From a virus (lineage: Duplodnaviria > Caudoviricetes), in IMG/VR virus record IMGVR_UViG_3300014205_000213, positions 1 to 64,000 of that record: DNA of 64,000 bases; one strand, 5' to 3'. Position 1 is the stretch's first letter; every line of letters begins with the position of its first letter. The notes under the pieces were generated by a model, which was not told the origin of the DNA, made no database searches, and saw nothing but the letters and a program-made list of their open reading frames with translations. Position numbers and translations under genes: made by a program. Of this stretch, positions 37,102 to 46,626 are shown piece after piece.

Positions 37102-39206
37102 GCGAATAATGAGGGTAACAATTCATCATAATGGTAAAATGTCATATTCTTTGAAAGTACATATTCAACAACTGCCTTTAATGTAGCCCATGAAATATTC
37201 ATCGCATTAGCTGTATCTGCAATCTGGTGACCATGCAATAATAGGATATTACCGTTTGCCAACGCATCATCTACCATTGCCTTATACTGATTTAACGTAA
37301 AATCTGTATTATCAAATGGGACACTAAGAATAAATTGATTTGTTCCGTCATACCTTGAAAATGGGGATAATGATGATCTCACAAGTGTAATCCCTTCAGC
37401 TAATAAAACATTTGTCACGCTTTCAACATGCTGCGAACTTGGATAGCCAAATGTTTTTACGTTAATACCAAATTCTGCATTTAGTGCTGCGATATTTGGC
37501 GCAACCTTATCATCATAGTATTCCTGTGCCGTTTTTCCTCCGGCAAGATAATCAGGAGCCGTGGCTGTATCTATTGAGTGAGAACAGACTGAAGCACCGT
37601 TCAGTATATGTTTTTTCAATTCAGCCAAAGACGCTCCTCCGAATGATACGCCCTCAGCACAAGCGGTGTACTTCATCCCTATTGACTGAAGACCTGGAAT
37701 CTCTGCATTTAAAGAAACATCAGTATAATCATCGAATGAAATAGCAACTCCTGCTGTTACTGCTGTGGCTTCTATTCTTCTGCCTATTTTTACCATAAAT
37801 TTCCTTACAGCTTCCCAGTATAAGATATTGGCAGCATCGGTTATCCCTGCACCTACCGAGGAATAGCCTACTGTCCCATTTCCATAAGCAATAGTTGCTC
37901 CATTTCTTGACCCTATAAAAATACTGTTAGTGGGTAATGCTCCTGTATCTGACCCGGCATTTGATGTTAGCTTCTTCCCATTTTTAAATGATGATAAATA
38001 ATTAACTGCGGTTCTGCTCCCAACCTGTAACCCTTCTGCTGACGGAATAAAATCATAAACCGCATTAATAGCATCAGAATACATAACGGTATTTGTGCGA
38101 TTGGTCGCATAGATGTAGGAATACATATACACTCCCTTCCCCGTCTGCTGACAGCCAATGAGTCCCCTTGTGCCTACCTCTCCTGTGTCACACATATATA
38201 TAGCAAGATGTGTGTTATCTTCTGTCAGATGAGTTGCAGGCACTAAATGAGTATCAGCATATTTTGAAGAGTTATTAAGGATATAACCGGCTGAAGTATG
38301 ATCTCCGGCTGCATCATCGGCAAAAGTCAATCTAAAGGCTGCATCTAAATCTCTCGGATCAATGAGATTAAATTTTTGTTTTGCTGTGGCGCTTCCTAAT
38401 AACGGGTAAGAAGCCCTTAAAACAGAACTTGCGGGGGTGTCGAAGTTTATAAAGTCAGCCTGAGTTGCATTTATAGCTTTCAGATCAGTAACAAACTCAC
38501 TTACCGCTTCTTTCTCAGTAGCATCACTCAGGCTTGCAGCTGCAATGAAAGCAAAAGCATTAGTGTCAAATGTATATTTTGAAACCGTATTACTTGCGGT
38601 GCTTTCATAGGTACCCTTATAAGCCTTAACATAAAACCAATATTGAGTCGCTGCCGTTAATCCCGTCACCTGCTTTGTTGCTACTGCTCCAAGTACGGTG
38701 CTGTTTTCTGTAAATGTCACCCCGTCTGTTGAAATATATATACGGTGTCCATCGTGGTTAGTTGAACCGATATCAAAGTTAAGAGTTGCTGCCGTGTTAG
38801 AGTCAACAACTACGGTAAGATTGACGGGTGCGCCGTCGGGAACAAGTGATACGGCAATGGATATGGCCGTACAATAACTTGAATAATGAGTACCCTTTAT
38901 TAGTCTTATCCGGTAATAATAAGTTCCTTCAACCGTGAAATTTTCATCCGTATATGTCTCAAGTGTTTTGGTTATCTGAGCAATCTGAGCATAGTCACCC
39001 CCGCTTAGTTTCCGCTCAATCAAAATATAATCCCAATCAACAGTCCCATTATTTACCCATGTCAGGGTAACATCATCATCAGTCTGCACAAGTGCCAGAG
39101 TGGATACAAAACGGCTTAACCAGTAATAATCCCAGTTATAAGCTCCACTACTTACAATTGTACCTCTGACATTAAGTCCTACTATGGTCCCTACCACTGC
39201 ACTCAT
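37098..39206 (-). CDS. Fn3-containing protein with C-terminal polysaccharide deacetylase (CE4/NodB-like) domain
   Basis: Fn3 patterns (LTWVN...YYYRIR; APVNL...GLTAATQYWFYVKAY); C-terminal ISFDD, SHS, YPS, LLLHGH. Confidence 0.7.
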   Translation of the reverse strand: MSAVVGTIVGLNVRGTIVSSGAYNWDYYWLSRFVSTLALVQTDDDVTLTWVNNGTVDWDYILIERKLSGGDYAQIAQITKTLETYTDENFTVEGTYYYRIRLIKGTHYSSYCTAISIAVSLVPDGAPVNLTVVVDSNTAATLNFDIGSTNHDGHRIYISTDGVTFTENSTVLGAVATKQVTGLTAATQYWFYVKAYKGTYESTASNTVSKYTFDTNAFAFIAAASLSDATEKEAVSEFVTDLKAINATQADFINFDTPASSVLRASYPLLGSATAKQKFNLIDPRDLDAAFRLTFADDAAGDHTSAGYILNNSSKYADTHLVPATHLTEDNTHLAIYMCDTGEVGTRGLIGCQQTGKGVYMYSYIYATNRTNTVMYSDAINAVYDFIPSAEGLQVGSRTAVNYLSSFKNGKKLTSNAGSDTGALPTNSIFIGSRNGATIAYGNGTVGYSSVGAGITDAANILYWEAVRKFMVKIGRRIEATAVTAGVAISFDDYTDVSLNAEIPGLQSIGMKYTACAEGVSFGGASLAELKKHILNGASVCSHSIDTATAPDYLAGGKTAQEYYDDKVAPNIAALNAEFGINVKTFGYPSSQHVESVTNVLLAEGITLVRSSLSPFSRYDGTNQFILSVPFDNTDFTLNQYKAMVDDALANGNILLLHGHQIADTANAMNISWATLKAVVEYVLSKNMTFYHYDELLPSLFA

Positions 39207-39520
39207 GACGGATCATTTTCTAATGCTGATTTAATACTATATTTTCCATAAGACGGAGTGTAAACATGATCACTGCCATCCCAAATTTTAGTCTCAAAAC
39301 TATGATTTCCTATTGGATATAACTTTGAGTCCTCATTCAAAATTTCGTATGTTATTTCCAATCCGTCAATAACTCCAGTTAATGTATCCACTTCTACCCC
39401 ATCCTTAGTCATTATGTACAATTTAGCATTATACCCTATAAGGGAATCCAATCCCTCAATAGTTTCCACAAGAGTATCCGAATCCCCCTGCTTAAGAGTT
39501 AATGTTGTTTGAGTAGACAT
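39203..39520 (-). CDS. BppU-like small beta-sandwich protein
   Basis: LTLKQGDSDT...ETKIWDG pattern. Confidence 0.5.
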   Translation of the reverse strand: MSTQTTLTLKQGDSDTLVETIEGLDSLIGYNAKLYIMTKDGVEVDTLTGVIDGLEITYEILNEDSKLYPIGNHSFETKIWDGSDHVYTPSYGKYSIKSALENDPS

Positions 39521-39535
39521 CGTTATAGATTTTGA

Positions 39536-39760
39536 CTATTTACTTTCTTCAATCCTCCGTATATTAACAGCCTTTAGGCCCTTTTGTCCGTTTTCAAGTT
39601 CAAAACTAACCTGATCATCTTTCTTAACCTTTCCTTTTTCTACAATCCCTGAAAAATGAAAGAAGTAATCTTTGTCCGCTTTTGCATCTTTAATAAAACC
39701 GAAGCCTTTGTTTTCATTAAAAAATTTAACTTTTCCTGTGTTTTTGATTGAATTTGCCAT
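39536..39760 (-). CDS. cspA: cold-shock domain protein
   Basis: GKVKFFNENKGFGFI (RNP1), YFFHFS (RNP2), VSFELENGQKGLKAVN. Confidence 0.93.
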   Translation of the reverse strand: MANSIKNTGKVKFFNENKGFGFIKDAKADKDYFFHFSGIVEKGKVKKDDQVSFELENGQKGLKAVNIRRIEESK

Positions 39761-39777
39761 TTTAAATAAATATTAAA

Positions 39778-41307
39778 TTAAGTAATGCGTCTTGGAACCC
39801 TCTTATTCACCAACTTACCAAAAGCACCACTGGAGGAGTCTACTTGGTCCTTATAAGTACTATATGGAAAGAAACGGTGCTCTTCAATAAACTTATGATT
39901 CCACTCTGCTGACAACAGTGAAACTGCTCCAACGTTTACCTGTACTGAATAAGGATCTGCCCTATATGTCTTATCTCCAGTGGGACGTTCTGTCTTAACA
40001 ACAAACCCTGCAAGATTACGAACAGTACCATCAGCAGAATCTTTTCCACTACTCCCCGGTTCTTGTTCAACCCATACAGTGACTCTGCGACCGTCATTTA
40101 TAGCAGTTTCCTTTATTATAGCTTCCCTCTCGTTCGTGCCCCACCGACCCCTCTTCACGTCTTCCACTAACCATTGACCATTACTTAACTTGCTCATCTT
40201 AACCCCACAGGTGTATGCACCCCCATCTTGGGTTGCAGCCTTATCCCAATACCTAAGTGATGCTTTTACATGCTGTAATGGAGGCATGGTTGTCATTATT
40301 TGAAAATGATCTACCTTAAACATCCCTCCTCCAGGAGGTGTGGGATCCTGACCAACTTGACCAGCATACCCATATTGACCAAGGTCTGCTTCCAAATCGT
40401 GTAGGGAATCCCATGTCAACCTATTTACATCAAGTAGGTCATTTTTATAATATTTAATAAGTTCGGGAGGATTCACTTGCTTAGCATAATTTCGAATCTC
40501 ACCAGGTAAGCAAATGTGTTTTATATTTTTCTTTTGTTTGGCAAGAATATGACCAGAAGGATCATCCTGATGTAATCTCTGCATTATAAATATTGTTGGA
40601 GTAACCTCTTTGCTGGTTTTACGAGTAGGTAGTGTTTGCTCACACCATCTGTTTGCAGTTTCCCTATCCTTATCTGAAATAGCCTCTGTTGGATTAAGGG
40701 GATCATCAACTATTAATATATCCCCATGAAACCCCATCAATGTACCACCTACAGACGTACTATACCTACCTCCACCTGTTATAACCCTACCTTCTCTTCC
40801 GGGAATGATTGTCCTTCGTTTGACAACTTTGAAGTTTGACTTGGTGTCTTTATCCGGCTTTATGTCTAACTCAGGGTAAAGCTCTTGGAATTGGGCACTG
40901 CGTATCAAGTCGCGGCAATACTCAGCGGACTCCATGGATAGTGCTGATGAATAGGACGCAGTAATAAATCTCATCCAAAACCATTTGGTCCAACACCAAG
41001 CAGGGAACATGATAGAACACGTTATCGTTTTTGTAGTACCGGGTGGTACATTTATGATGAGGTCATATTTTTTAGGTTCTCGTTTGGCAACCCTCTCTGC
41101 AATTCTCTCCAACTCGTTACATAAATACTCAATATGCCAGTTATGTTGAAACTTATGGGGAGAAGTAATGTCCCAGAAATATTGAAGAAAGTGATACAGT
41201 GATCGGTTATTTAATTCCCGTACCACTGCCTTTGGATTGCTCAAAGCGGCTTCAAGAGCCTTTGTCTTTGGCATCCTTGTTCGCACCATTTCAATTGTCT
41301 GTGACAT
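39778..41307 (-). CDS. terL: terminase large subunit
   Basis: INVPPGTTKT, ILIVDDP, IMQRLHQDD, YAGQVGQDP, RYWDKA, KDQVDSSS. Confidence 0.92.
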   Translation of the reverse strand: MSQTIEMVRTRMPKTKALEAALSNPKAVVRELNNRSLYHFLQYFWDITSPHKFQHNWHIEYLCNELERIAERVAKREPKKYDLIINVPPGTTKTITCSIMFPAWCWTKWFWMRFITASYSSALSMESAEYCRDLIRSAQFQELYPELDIKPDKDTKSNFKVVKRRTIIPGREGRVITGGGRYSTSVGGTLMGFHGDILIVDDPLNPTEAISDKDRETANRWCEQTLPTRKTSKEVTPTIFIMQRLHQDDPSGHILAKQKKNIKHICLPGEIRNYAKQVNPPELIKYYKNDLLDVNRLTWDSLHDLEADLGQYGYAGQVGQDPTPPGGGMFKVDHFQIMTTMPPLQHVKASLRYWDKAATQDGGAYTCGVKMSKLSNGQWLVEDVKRGRWGTNEREAIIKETAINDGRRVTVWVEQEPGSSGKDSADGTVRNLAGFVVKTERPTGDKTYRADPYSVQVNVGAVSLLSAEWNHKFIEEHRFFPYSTYKDQVDSSSGAFGKLVNKRVPRRIT

Positions 41308-41821
41308 GTGCCTCCAGTTGCTTTAAGCCGAGTTTCTTGACTAACATCAACTCTTCAGTGGAAAGTCCTGTTAAGTCAAGTTTCATAATATTAACGTTTG
41401 TTTGCATAATTTCTGTCCTCTGAACGTCAGCCCACTTTTCCCTCTGACGTAAACTGAGCCATTTGTGTGCAGCCCAACTATCTGCAGGGACGTGACGTGT
41501 AACTGTTGATGTGAGTGGTTTCCCTTTCACCATTACCGTTCTTTCTTCCTTGTACGTGTATCCCCTTGCCCTCTTGAAAAATGATGCCGCGATTTCAGCG
41601 TCAGCTTTCATCTTCCCTTCGTTCAACATTTCACGGAAACTTTGTTTCGTTCGCTTCCAGTAATCCAATGTATTAATGTCAATCCCCATGACATCTGCAA
41701 TCTGCTTATCCGTGGCACCAAGCAATGCAAGTTTGAATGCCTGCAATGGCCTGTCCTTATTCCATCTTATCACATAATGATTTTTCATATCACTTCCACA
41801 TTGGTTTGTTACACGTGTCAT
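41291..41821 (-). CDS. terS: terminase small subunit
   Basis: HTH LGATDKQIADVMGIDINTLDYW; overlaps the terL start. Confidence 0.85.
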   Translation of the reverse strand: MTRVTNQCGSDMKNHYVIRWNKDRPLQAFKLALLGATDKQIADVMGIDINTLDYWKRTKQSFREMLNEGKMKADAEIAASFFKRARGYTYKEERTVMVKGKPLTSTVTRHVPADSWAAHKWLSLRQREKWADVQRTEIMQTNVNIMKLDLTGLSTEELMLVKKLGLKQLEAHVTDN

Positions 41822-41899
41822 CTAATTTTTAAATCTGTTATGACTACTAAGTTAAATGTTTATTTGGAAACCACAATGTGGAGTACCCAAATATTTTTT

Positions 41900-44340
41900 T
41901 AATGGTCCTCTAAGCCATTGTCAATGAATGACAATGAAATCTAATTTATATTCGTTATAAATAAATGTTTACCACTTTTTGTCCTCTTTTCCGTGGTGTA
42001 TATCAATTTAAGTAATGCCCGTTTCCTGACGCGATTTTTACCGTTTTTTGCCGTTTTTGTTATATATAGACATCGTTTTTTGTTACCCTTTCCAGTGCAT
42101 TATGTGAATATGTTGTTTGGAGGTGCATTTTCCCTTCCCAGCCGAATTGACTTTTACAAATTTTTGCACAGTACATTGATTTCCGATTTATTTTTGTACG
42201 TTGGCCAAGTGTGCCTTCGACAGGCATTTCAGTTCACGGGCGGCGAAACCGGGGGGCAGGGGCGTGATCTCTTATTACATGTACATTTGTAGGCTTACAT
42301 GCCTTTGCGTACGTGCACACGCCCTATATCACCCACATCACCGTGATTTACATACCCTATATATGTTAGTAACCTCTAACTATCTTCCAACTATGGAGGG
42401 ATGCGTATATGTTACCTTTTTGTAATTGATTTTAGCAATACGCCACTACATGGCACATTGCGGGGCATGTATTTCCTCGTCATATGTTATAACTAAACTA
42501 TGCCACAGTTGGCATACGTCCTTGTTATGGAGAGTTGCGTATACTACTTTTTTGTTATGCCAGTAGCCCTCCATAGTAGGTACACCCCTCCTATTTTAGG
42601 CTTACGTCACTGTTTATTGTTGTTTGTCATATCAAAACGCCCCTGTCACATGTCGCCCGGGCGCCGCAGTTTTTGGCAGTTTAATATACATTTTGGCAGT
42701 TTACCACGTTTTTGATATATGTTTATTACATGTTTAATAACGTTAACAATGTTTCTGGCAGTTATTTATTTATATCACTTATCGTATTTGACATTTTTAA
42801 TATGTAACAAGGAAGGCGTTTTATTAGTGTTATTATATGTTAACTTGGATAGTCATACGCCACAGTCAGCCCGTTATATATCAAATTATCCCTTTTAATA
42901 ATAAACATTAAAGTCAATTTAAGTGGATAGTTACTTATTAGTTGTTTACATTATTATATTTATTGCTATTTCATTTATTGACAGTGGCTTATAACATTGT
43001 GTGGCATATAACATGTTTATTGACAGTGACATACATTTATTAGTGGACGTTTTATTAATTAACTTGTTAGTTGGCAAGTTTATTTTGTTGTGTTTATTAG
43101 TGTTTATTAGTTGTTTTGGCGTGTGGCATGTTTATTATGTTGACATACAGTGGATTAATTATTTGTTGTTTTTTGTTGGAGCATGTAAGTCACAGTTAAT
43201 TAGTGGAATACGTGGATTATGTGGAAATTTGTTGTTTTGTACAGTTATTAAGTATAATTTCCACTTGTTTATTTTGTTAGTTACTTTGTTAACATGTAAA
43301 CAAGCCGATATTGCGGGCGTTGCGATAGTTTATTTGTTGTTTTGTTTGTTATTACTGTACATTATATGTATAACACTACAAAATCCCTCATTCTCGCGCA
43401 AACGTGTTTATTATTAGTATGCCACATAATATGTTAATTTACAGTGGCTTAACTATGCCAATATAATATAACTAAATACTTAATAGTAATTGTATTTCAC
43501 CTTATAGTGTTATTATACAGTTAATTACAGCCACTTTTTTAGTGTTTTTGGCTCAAAACTACACTATTAGTTACCGTTTCTCACGTTTTTTGTTTGTGCT
43601 CCAGGCGTTTTTTTACCCCTGTAATTAGTTAATTTACAGTTAATTAAAATTTATTTTACATTTTTATTAAAAATAATTGTAAAATCCCATTGTTAGTCCA
43701 AATAATAGTTATAACTTTACGGAGTAAAGTTGGAAATTTACACACGTTTTTTGAAGTACTGGGATACAATGTTTGTAAAGGGTTGGACAGCAGGGAATTA
43801 GGTAGTAAACTGTTAACACAATCCGAACTGAAAATGGCTGTAACCTGTTGGGAAACACGTAATTAGCCAACAATTTAAGTAACAAACAAGTTAACAAATG
43901 TACGTTTTTTGACATTTTGGAGGACTGGGATTTTTTAGTTATTATAATGTATGTAGCCATTTATTATAACGTTAACGTGTTAACAAAATATTAAGTTTGG
44001 CCATATTATAAACTAAATTATTAACTACCAACAAGTTATATGCCTAACGTGTAAAATAAAACAACAGTAAAAAATGCCCCAAACCCTGGAAAGTTACTGT
44101 TTTTTAGTTACTTACATAATATTATTATATAATAATAATTGTACAGTATCCACAAGTCAAGTAAAAGTTTGGAAATTAATTAGTTACAACGGCAAGGGCA
44201 CAGTAATATATTGTTACAGAACAAATTACAGTATCCGAGAGGATATGTGTAATAAACTATTTTGGCGATCAAAATTGTGCCTACAACCCTCCCAATAATG
44301 GTGAGGTACTATAATTTTTTATTTACTAATTTAATTTATT
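41900..44340. other. long non-coding region, probable packaging/terminus and first early promoter region
   Basis: No credible ORF between the divergent terS and the 44347 gene; T-rich + strand, repeated CGTTTTT motifs, two GC-rich islands. Confidence 0.65.
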
Positions 44341-44346
44341 TTTATT

Positions 44347-44859
44347 ATGGAAACAACAAATTTAACACCCGCCGAAGGAAACAAAGTTAACGACGCTGAA
44401 AACGCTGGAACCCAGGAACTTAAAAGGACAAAACAAACAATTGCACAAACAAGTGCCAAAGCCAAAAAGTTACTGGAAAAAAGTAAAGCCAAAGCCGAAG
44501 CCGAAAAAGGGAAAGCTCCAGTAAAAGGAGCTCCGAAAGGCAAAGAGGACAAAAAAGCCCCTAAAAAAGAGGACAAAAAGGCTGACAAAAAAGCCCCTAA
44601 AAAACCAGTTATAACACTGGCAAGTAAACTGGACACTATTATAACAGCCGGTGGCAAGTGGGCGGATTTAATAGAGCAGTGTAACAATGCGTCCAAATCC
44701 CTTAAATATTCCACTCGATATAGTGTGGGAGGGATTAAAGCCCATATCAAATTCCGTACAGTAACACAGAAAAACCCGCAATACCTTGGTAATAAGGAAG
44801 TTACTGCCGATGGAATTGTTATTAAAAGGGCTAAAAAAAGTAACAAAAAAGCCGCATAA
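44347..44859 (+). CDS. Lys/Ala-rich basic protein with a conserved C-terminal domain
   Basis: Histone-H1-like KAPKKEDKK repeats; C-terminus paralogous to 60746-61735. Confidence 0.8.
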   Translation: METTNLTPAEGNKVNDAENAGTQELKRTKQTIAQTSAKAKKLLEKSKAKAEAEKGKAPVKGAPKGKEDKKAPKKEDKKADKKAPKKPVITLASKLDTIITAGGKWADLIEQCNNASKSLKYSTRYSVGGIKAHIKFRTVTQKNPQYLGNKEVTADGIVIKRAKKSNKKAA

Positions 44860-44882
44860 CCTGGTAAGTTACTCAAAATTAG

Positions 44883-44912
44883 GGAGTTGGTCAAAAGCCA
44901 ACTCCTTTTTTT
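44883..44912 (+). terminator. intrinsic terminator
   Basis: GGAGTTGG-TCAAAAG-CCAACTCC then T7. Confidence 0.85.
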
Positions 44913-44970
44913 GTGGCTATACTTTATTAATATAGTATGTAAACTAATTATTAACTAATATTTTTATAAA

Positions 44971-45153
44971 ATGAAAAAATTCGACGTGGAAACCTGGGTA
45001 GTATTAGGATCATTAATAATATGGGTCATTATTTCCTTTTTGTTATTTGCCTGCATACAATTTGACTGGGAAAAAATGGCTGACATATTATTAATCCCAT
45101 GGGGCTTTATTTGGATGACTCCCTTTGTGTTTATGGTACGTTCCAAAAAGTAA
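44971..45153 (+). CDS. small two-TM membrane protein
   Basis: 60 aa, hydrophobic, with its own terminator. Confidence 0.6.
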   Translation: MKKFDVETWVVLGSLIIWVIISFLLFACIQFDWEKMADILLIPWGFIWMTPFVFMVRSKK

Positions 45154-45158
45154 AAAGT

Positions 45159-45191
45159 AAACTGGATCATCAAAAGTGGTCCAGTTTTTTT
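45159..45191 (+). terminator. intrinsic terminator
   Basis: AAACTGGATCA-TCAAAAG-TGGTCCAGTTT then T-run. Confidence 0.85.
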
Positions 45192-45256
45192 ATGGACTCC
45201 TGTATCGAGGCTGGGCTTAATATGTAACTAAATTATAAACTAAAAAACTTATAAAA

Positions 45257-45421
45257 ATGGAAAGAAATTTGTCACGGATGTCTCGAGAGGATTTACTTAA
45301 TGAGTACCTAAAAAGGTTAGGAACTGAAGTAAATCCTAAATTGCCCATTAGGCTTTATGAAAAGTCTGTTGAAAGAATGAGGGTAAAATTTTACCTTGAG
45401 TTTTTAAAAACCAAACTTTAA
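45257..45421 (+). CDS. hypothetical protein (54 aa, not in ORF track)
   Basis: MERNLSRMSREDLL...KTKL after an A-rich leader. Confidence 0.55.
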   Translation: MERNLSRMSREDLLNEYLKRLGTEVNPKLPIRLYEKSVERMRVKFYLEFLKTKL

Positions 45422-45438
45422 ACTAAAAAAGTAATATC

Positions 45439-45645
45439 ATGACTATGATTACAAACAAAAAAACTATAAGGTTTGTGGAAGTACAGGCACAGGATATTTC
45501 AAGGCTTCTCAAAAACTGTATGGAAGCCCTTGAATTAACTATCAATAAAAAACTGTACAAGGACAGTGGTGAAATGGAATATTTAGAAATGGCAATAAAA
45601 GGCATGGAAGAGTCCAGGGCTAATTTGAAAACTATTTTTGAATAA
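45439..45645 (+). CDS. hypothetical early protein
   Basis: ORF with A-rich leader. Confidence 0.6.
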   Translation: MTMITNKKTIRFVEVQAQDISRLLKNCMEALELTINKKLYKDSGEMEYLEMAIKGMEESRANLKTIFE

Positions 45646-45655
45646 AAAGGAATAT

Positions 45656-45718
45656 GCCAATTGTAAATGGTACCTGCTGAAATAATAGGCAGAGGTGGTT
45701 CGATTCCACTTATTGGCT
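45656..45718 (+). ncRNA. compact tRNA-like element
   Basis: Acceptor GCCAATT/TATTGGC (6 of 7 paired), T-arm GGTGG-TTCGATT-CCACT, short D-arm GTA-AATGG-TAC, stem CTGCT/GGCAG with 9-nt loop; no CCA. Confidence 0.55.
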
Positions 45719-45764
45719 CAACACTAATTAATTTTATTTATAAACAAACTAAAAAGCCAAAATT

Positions 45765-46079
45765 ATGGACAAATCTGAAAGGATCAAAACAAGGGATGAG
45801 ATCAAAAAAGAATTGACAGATCTCATCGAAGGACCATACTTCGGTAAAAAGAATGATTCCTATTTAACTCCGATTGGTAAAAAAGTTACTTTGACAAAAT
45901 GGATTAAGGAAGAGGTTATCCTTTCAAAAATCTATACTGAAACCAATAGGAAACCACACCATGAACGATATTACCTTGGTGACTATATTTCAGTTGTGAC
46001 GGTTGTCAATCAAAGGCGAACGGTTGAAGTAATGAAAGACATGAGAATGGAATTGAATCAAACTACAAATACCAAGTAA
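45765..46079 (+). CDS. hypothetical early protein
   Basis: 104-aa ORF. Confidence 0.65.
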   Translation: MDKSERIKTRDEIKKELTDLIEGPYFGKKNDSYLTPIGKKVTLTKWIKEEVILSKIYTETNRKPHHERYYLGDYISVVTVVNQRRTVEVMKDMRMELNQTTNTK

Positions 46080-46080
46080 A

Positions 46081-46215
46081 ATGAAAGAAATGTTATTTAT
46101 TTACCGAGTAGGTGGTGTGGCTGGAGGCAATGTCACCTTAAGGGGAGACCTCTTCCAAATGACTATATTCAACTACGACGGGAGTGTACTCCGATTGGGC
46201 TGGTGTATGAACTGA
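46081..46215 (+). CDS. hypothetical protein (44 aa, not in ORF track)
   Basis: Starts 1 nt after the upstream stop; MKEMLFIYRVGG...WCMN. Confidence 0.45.
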   Translation: MKEMLFIYRVGGVAGGNVTLRGDLFQMTIFNYDGSVLRLGWCMN

Positions 46216-46252
46216 GCCATTAACAGGCAGGTATCAAGGGCTTATTTGTATA

Positions 46253-46274
46253 TTGTATAATTTTTTGTATAATA
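46253..46274 (+). promoter_or_regulatory. tandem TTGTATAAT promoter-like motif
   Basis: TTGTATAAT at 46253 and TTGTATAATA at 46265; also intergenic at 51566, 56960 and 60685. Confidence 0.55.
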
Positions 46275-46385
46275 TATAAGTAAGTCCTTTTTTTTATGAC
46301 TTGTAACAAACGAATGAAATGAACGACTTGTTTTTTATGTTTAACCCGGGAGTGAATAAAAAAGCTCCCACAATACCAATTTATC

Positions 46386-46568
46386 ATGACAAACATCAAA
46401 ATGGTTCGCAAGGACAATGTTTTGACAATCACCGTTGATCTGTCAAAAAAGGGAACACCATCCTCAACTGGTAAAAGTTTAGTGATAGCCTCAACCAATG
46501 GCAACCAGCCAATCGAAGGAGGAGGGGACATCATGGTTGGTGTCAACGTGTACAAAAAAGTGAAATAG
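46386..46568 (+). CDS. small conserved-type beta protein
   Basis: VLTITVDLSKKGTPSSTGKSLVIASTNGN...VGVNVYK; has its own promoter motif and terminator. Confidence 0.75.
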   Translation: MTNIKMVRKDNVLTITVDLSKKGTPSSTGKSLVIASTNGNQPIEGGGDIMVGVNVYKKVK

Positions 46569-46588
46569 CACACCCGGCTGAACAGGTT

Positions 46589-46626
46589 AAAAGGACGCTC
46601 TTTATATGTAAGGGCGTCCTTTTTTT
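46589..46626 (+). terminator. intrinsic terminator
   Basis: AAAAGGACGCTCTT-TATATGT-AAGGGCGTCCTTTT plus T-run. Confidence 0.85.

Noticed and set aside
42211-42227. T-loop-like hairpin GTGCC-TTCGACA-GGCAT
   Set aside because: No flanking acceptor or anticodon arms, so not callable as a tRNA
41993-44298. ORF-track calls in the non-coding region (for example 43001-43417)
   Set aside because: Low-complexity L/F/V/Y translations of T-rich DNA, with no leaders or operon context
44331-44894. 187-aa - strand ORF
   Set aside because: Antisense to the Lys-rich gene, which has a terminator and a paralog
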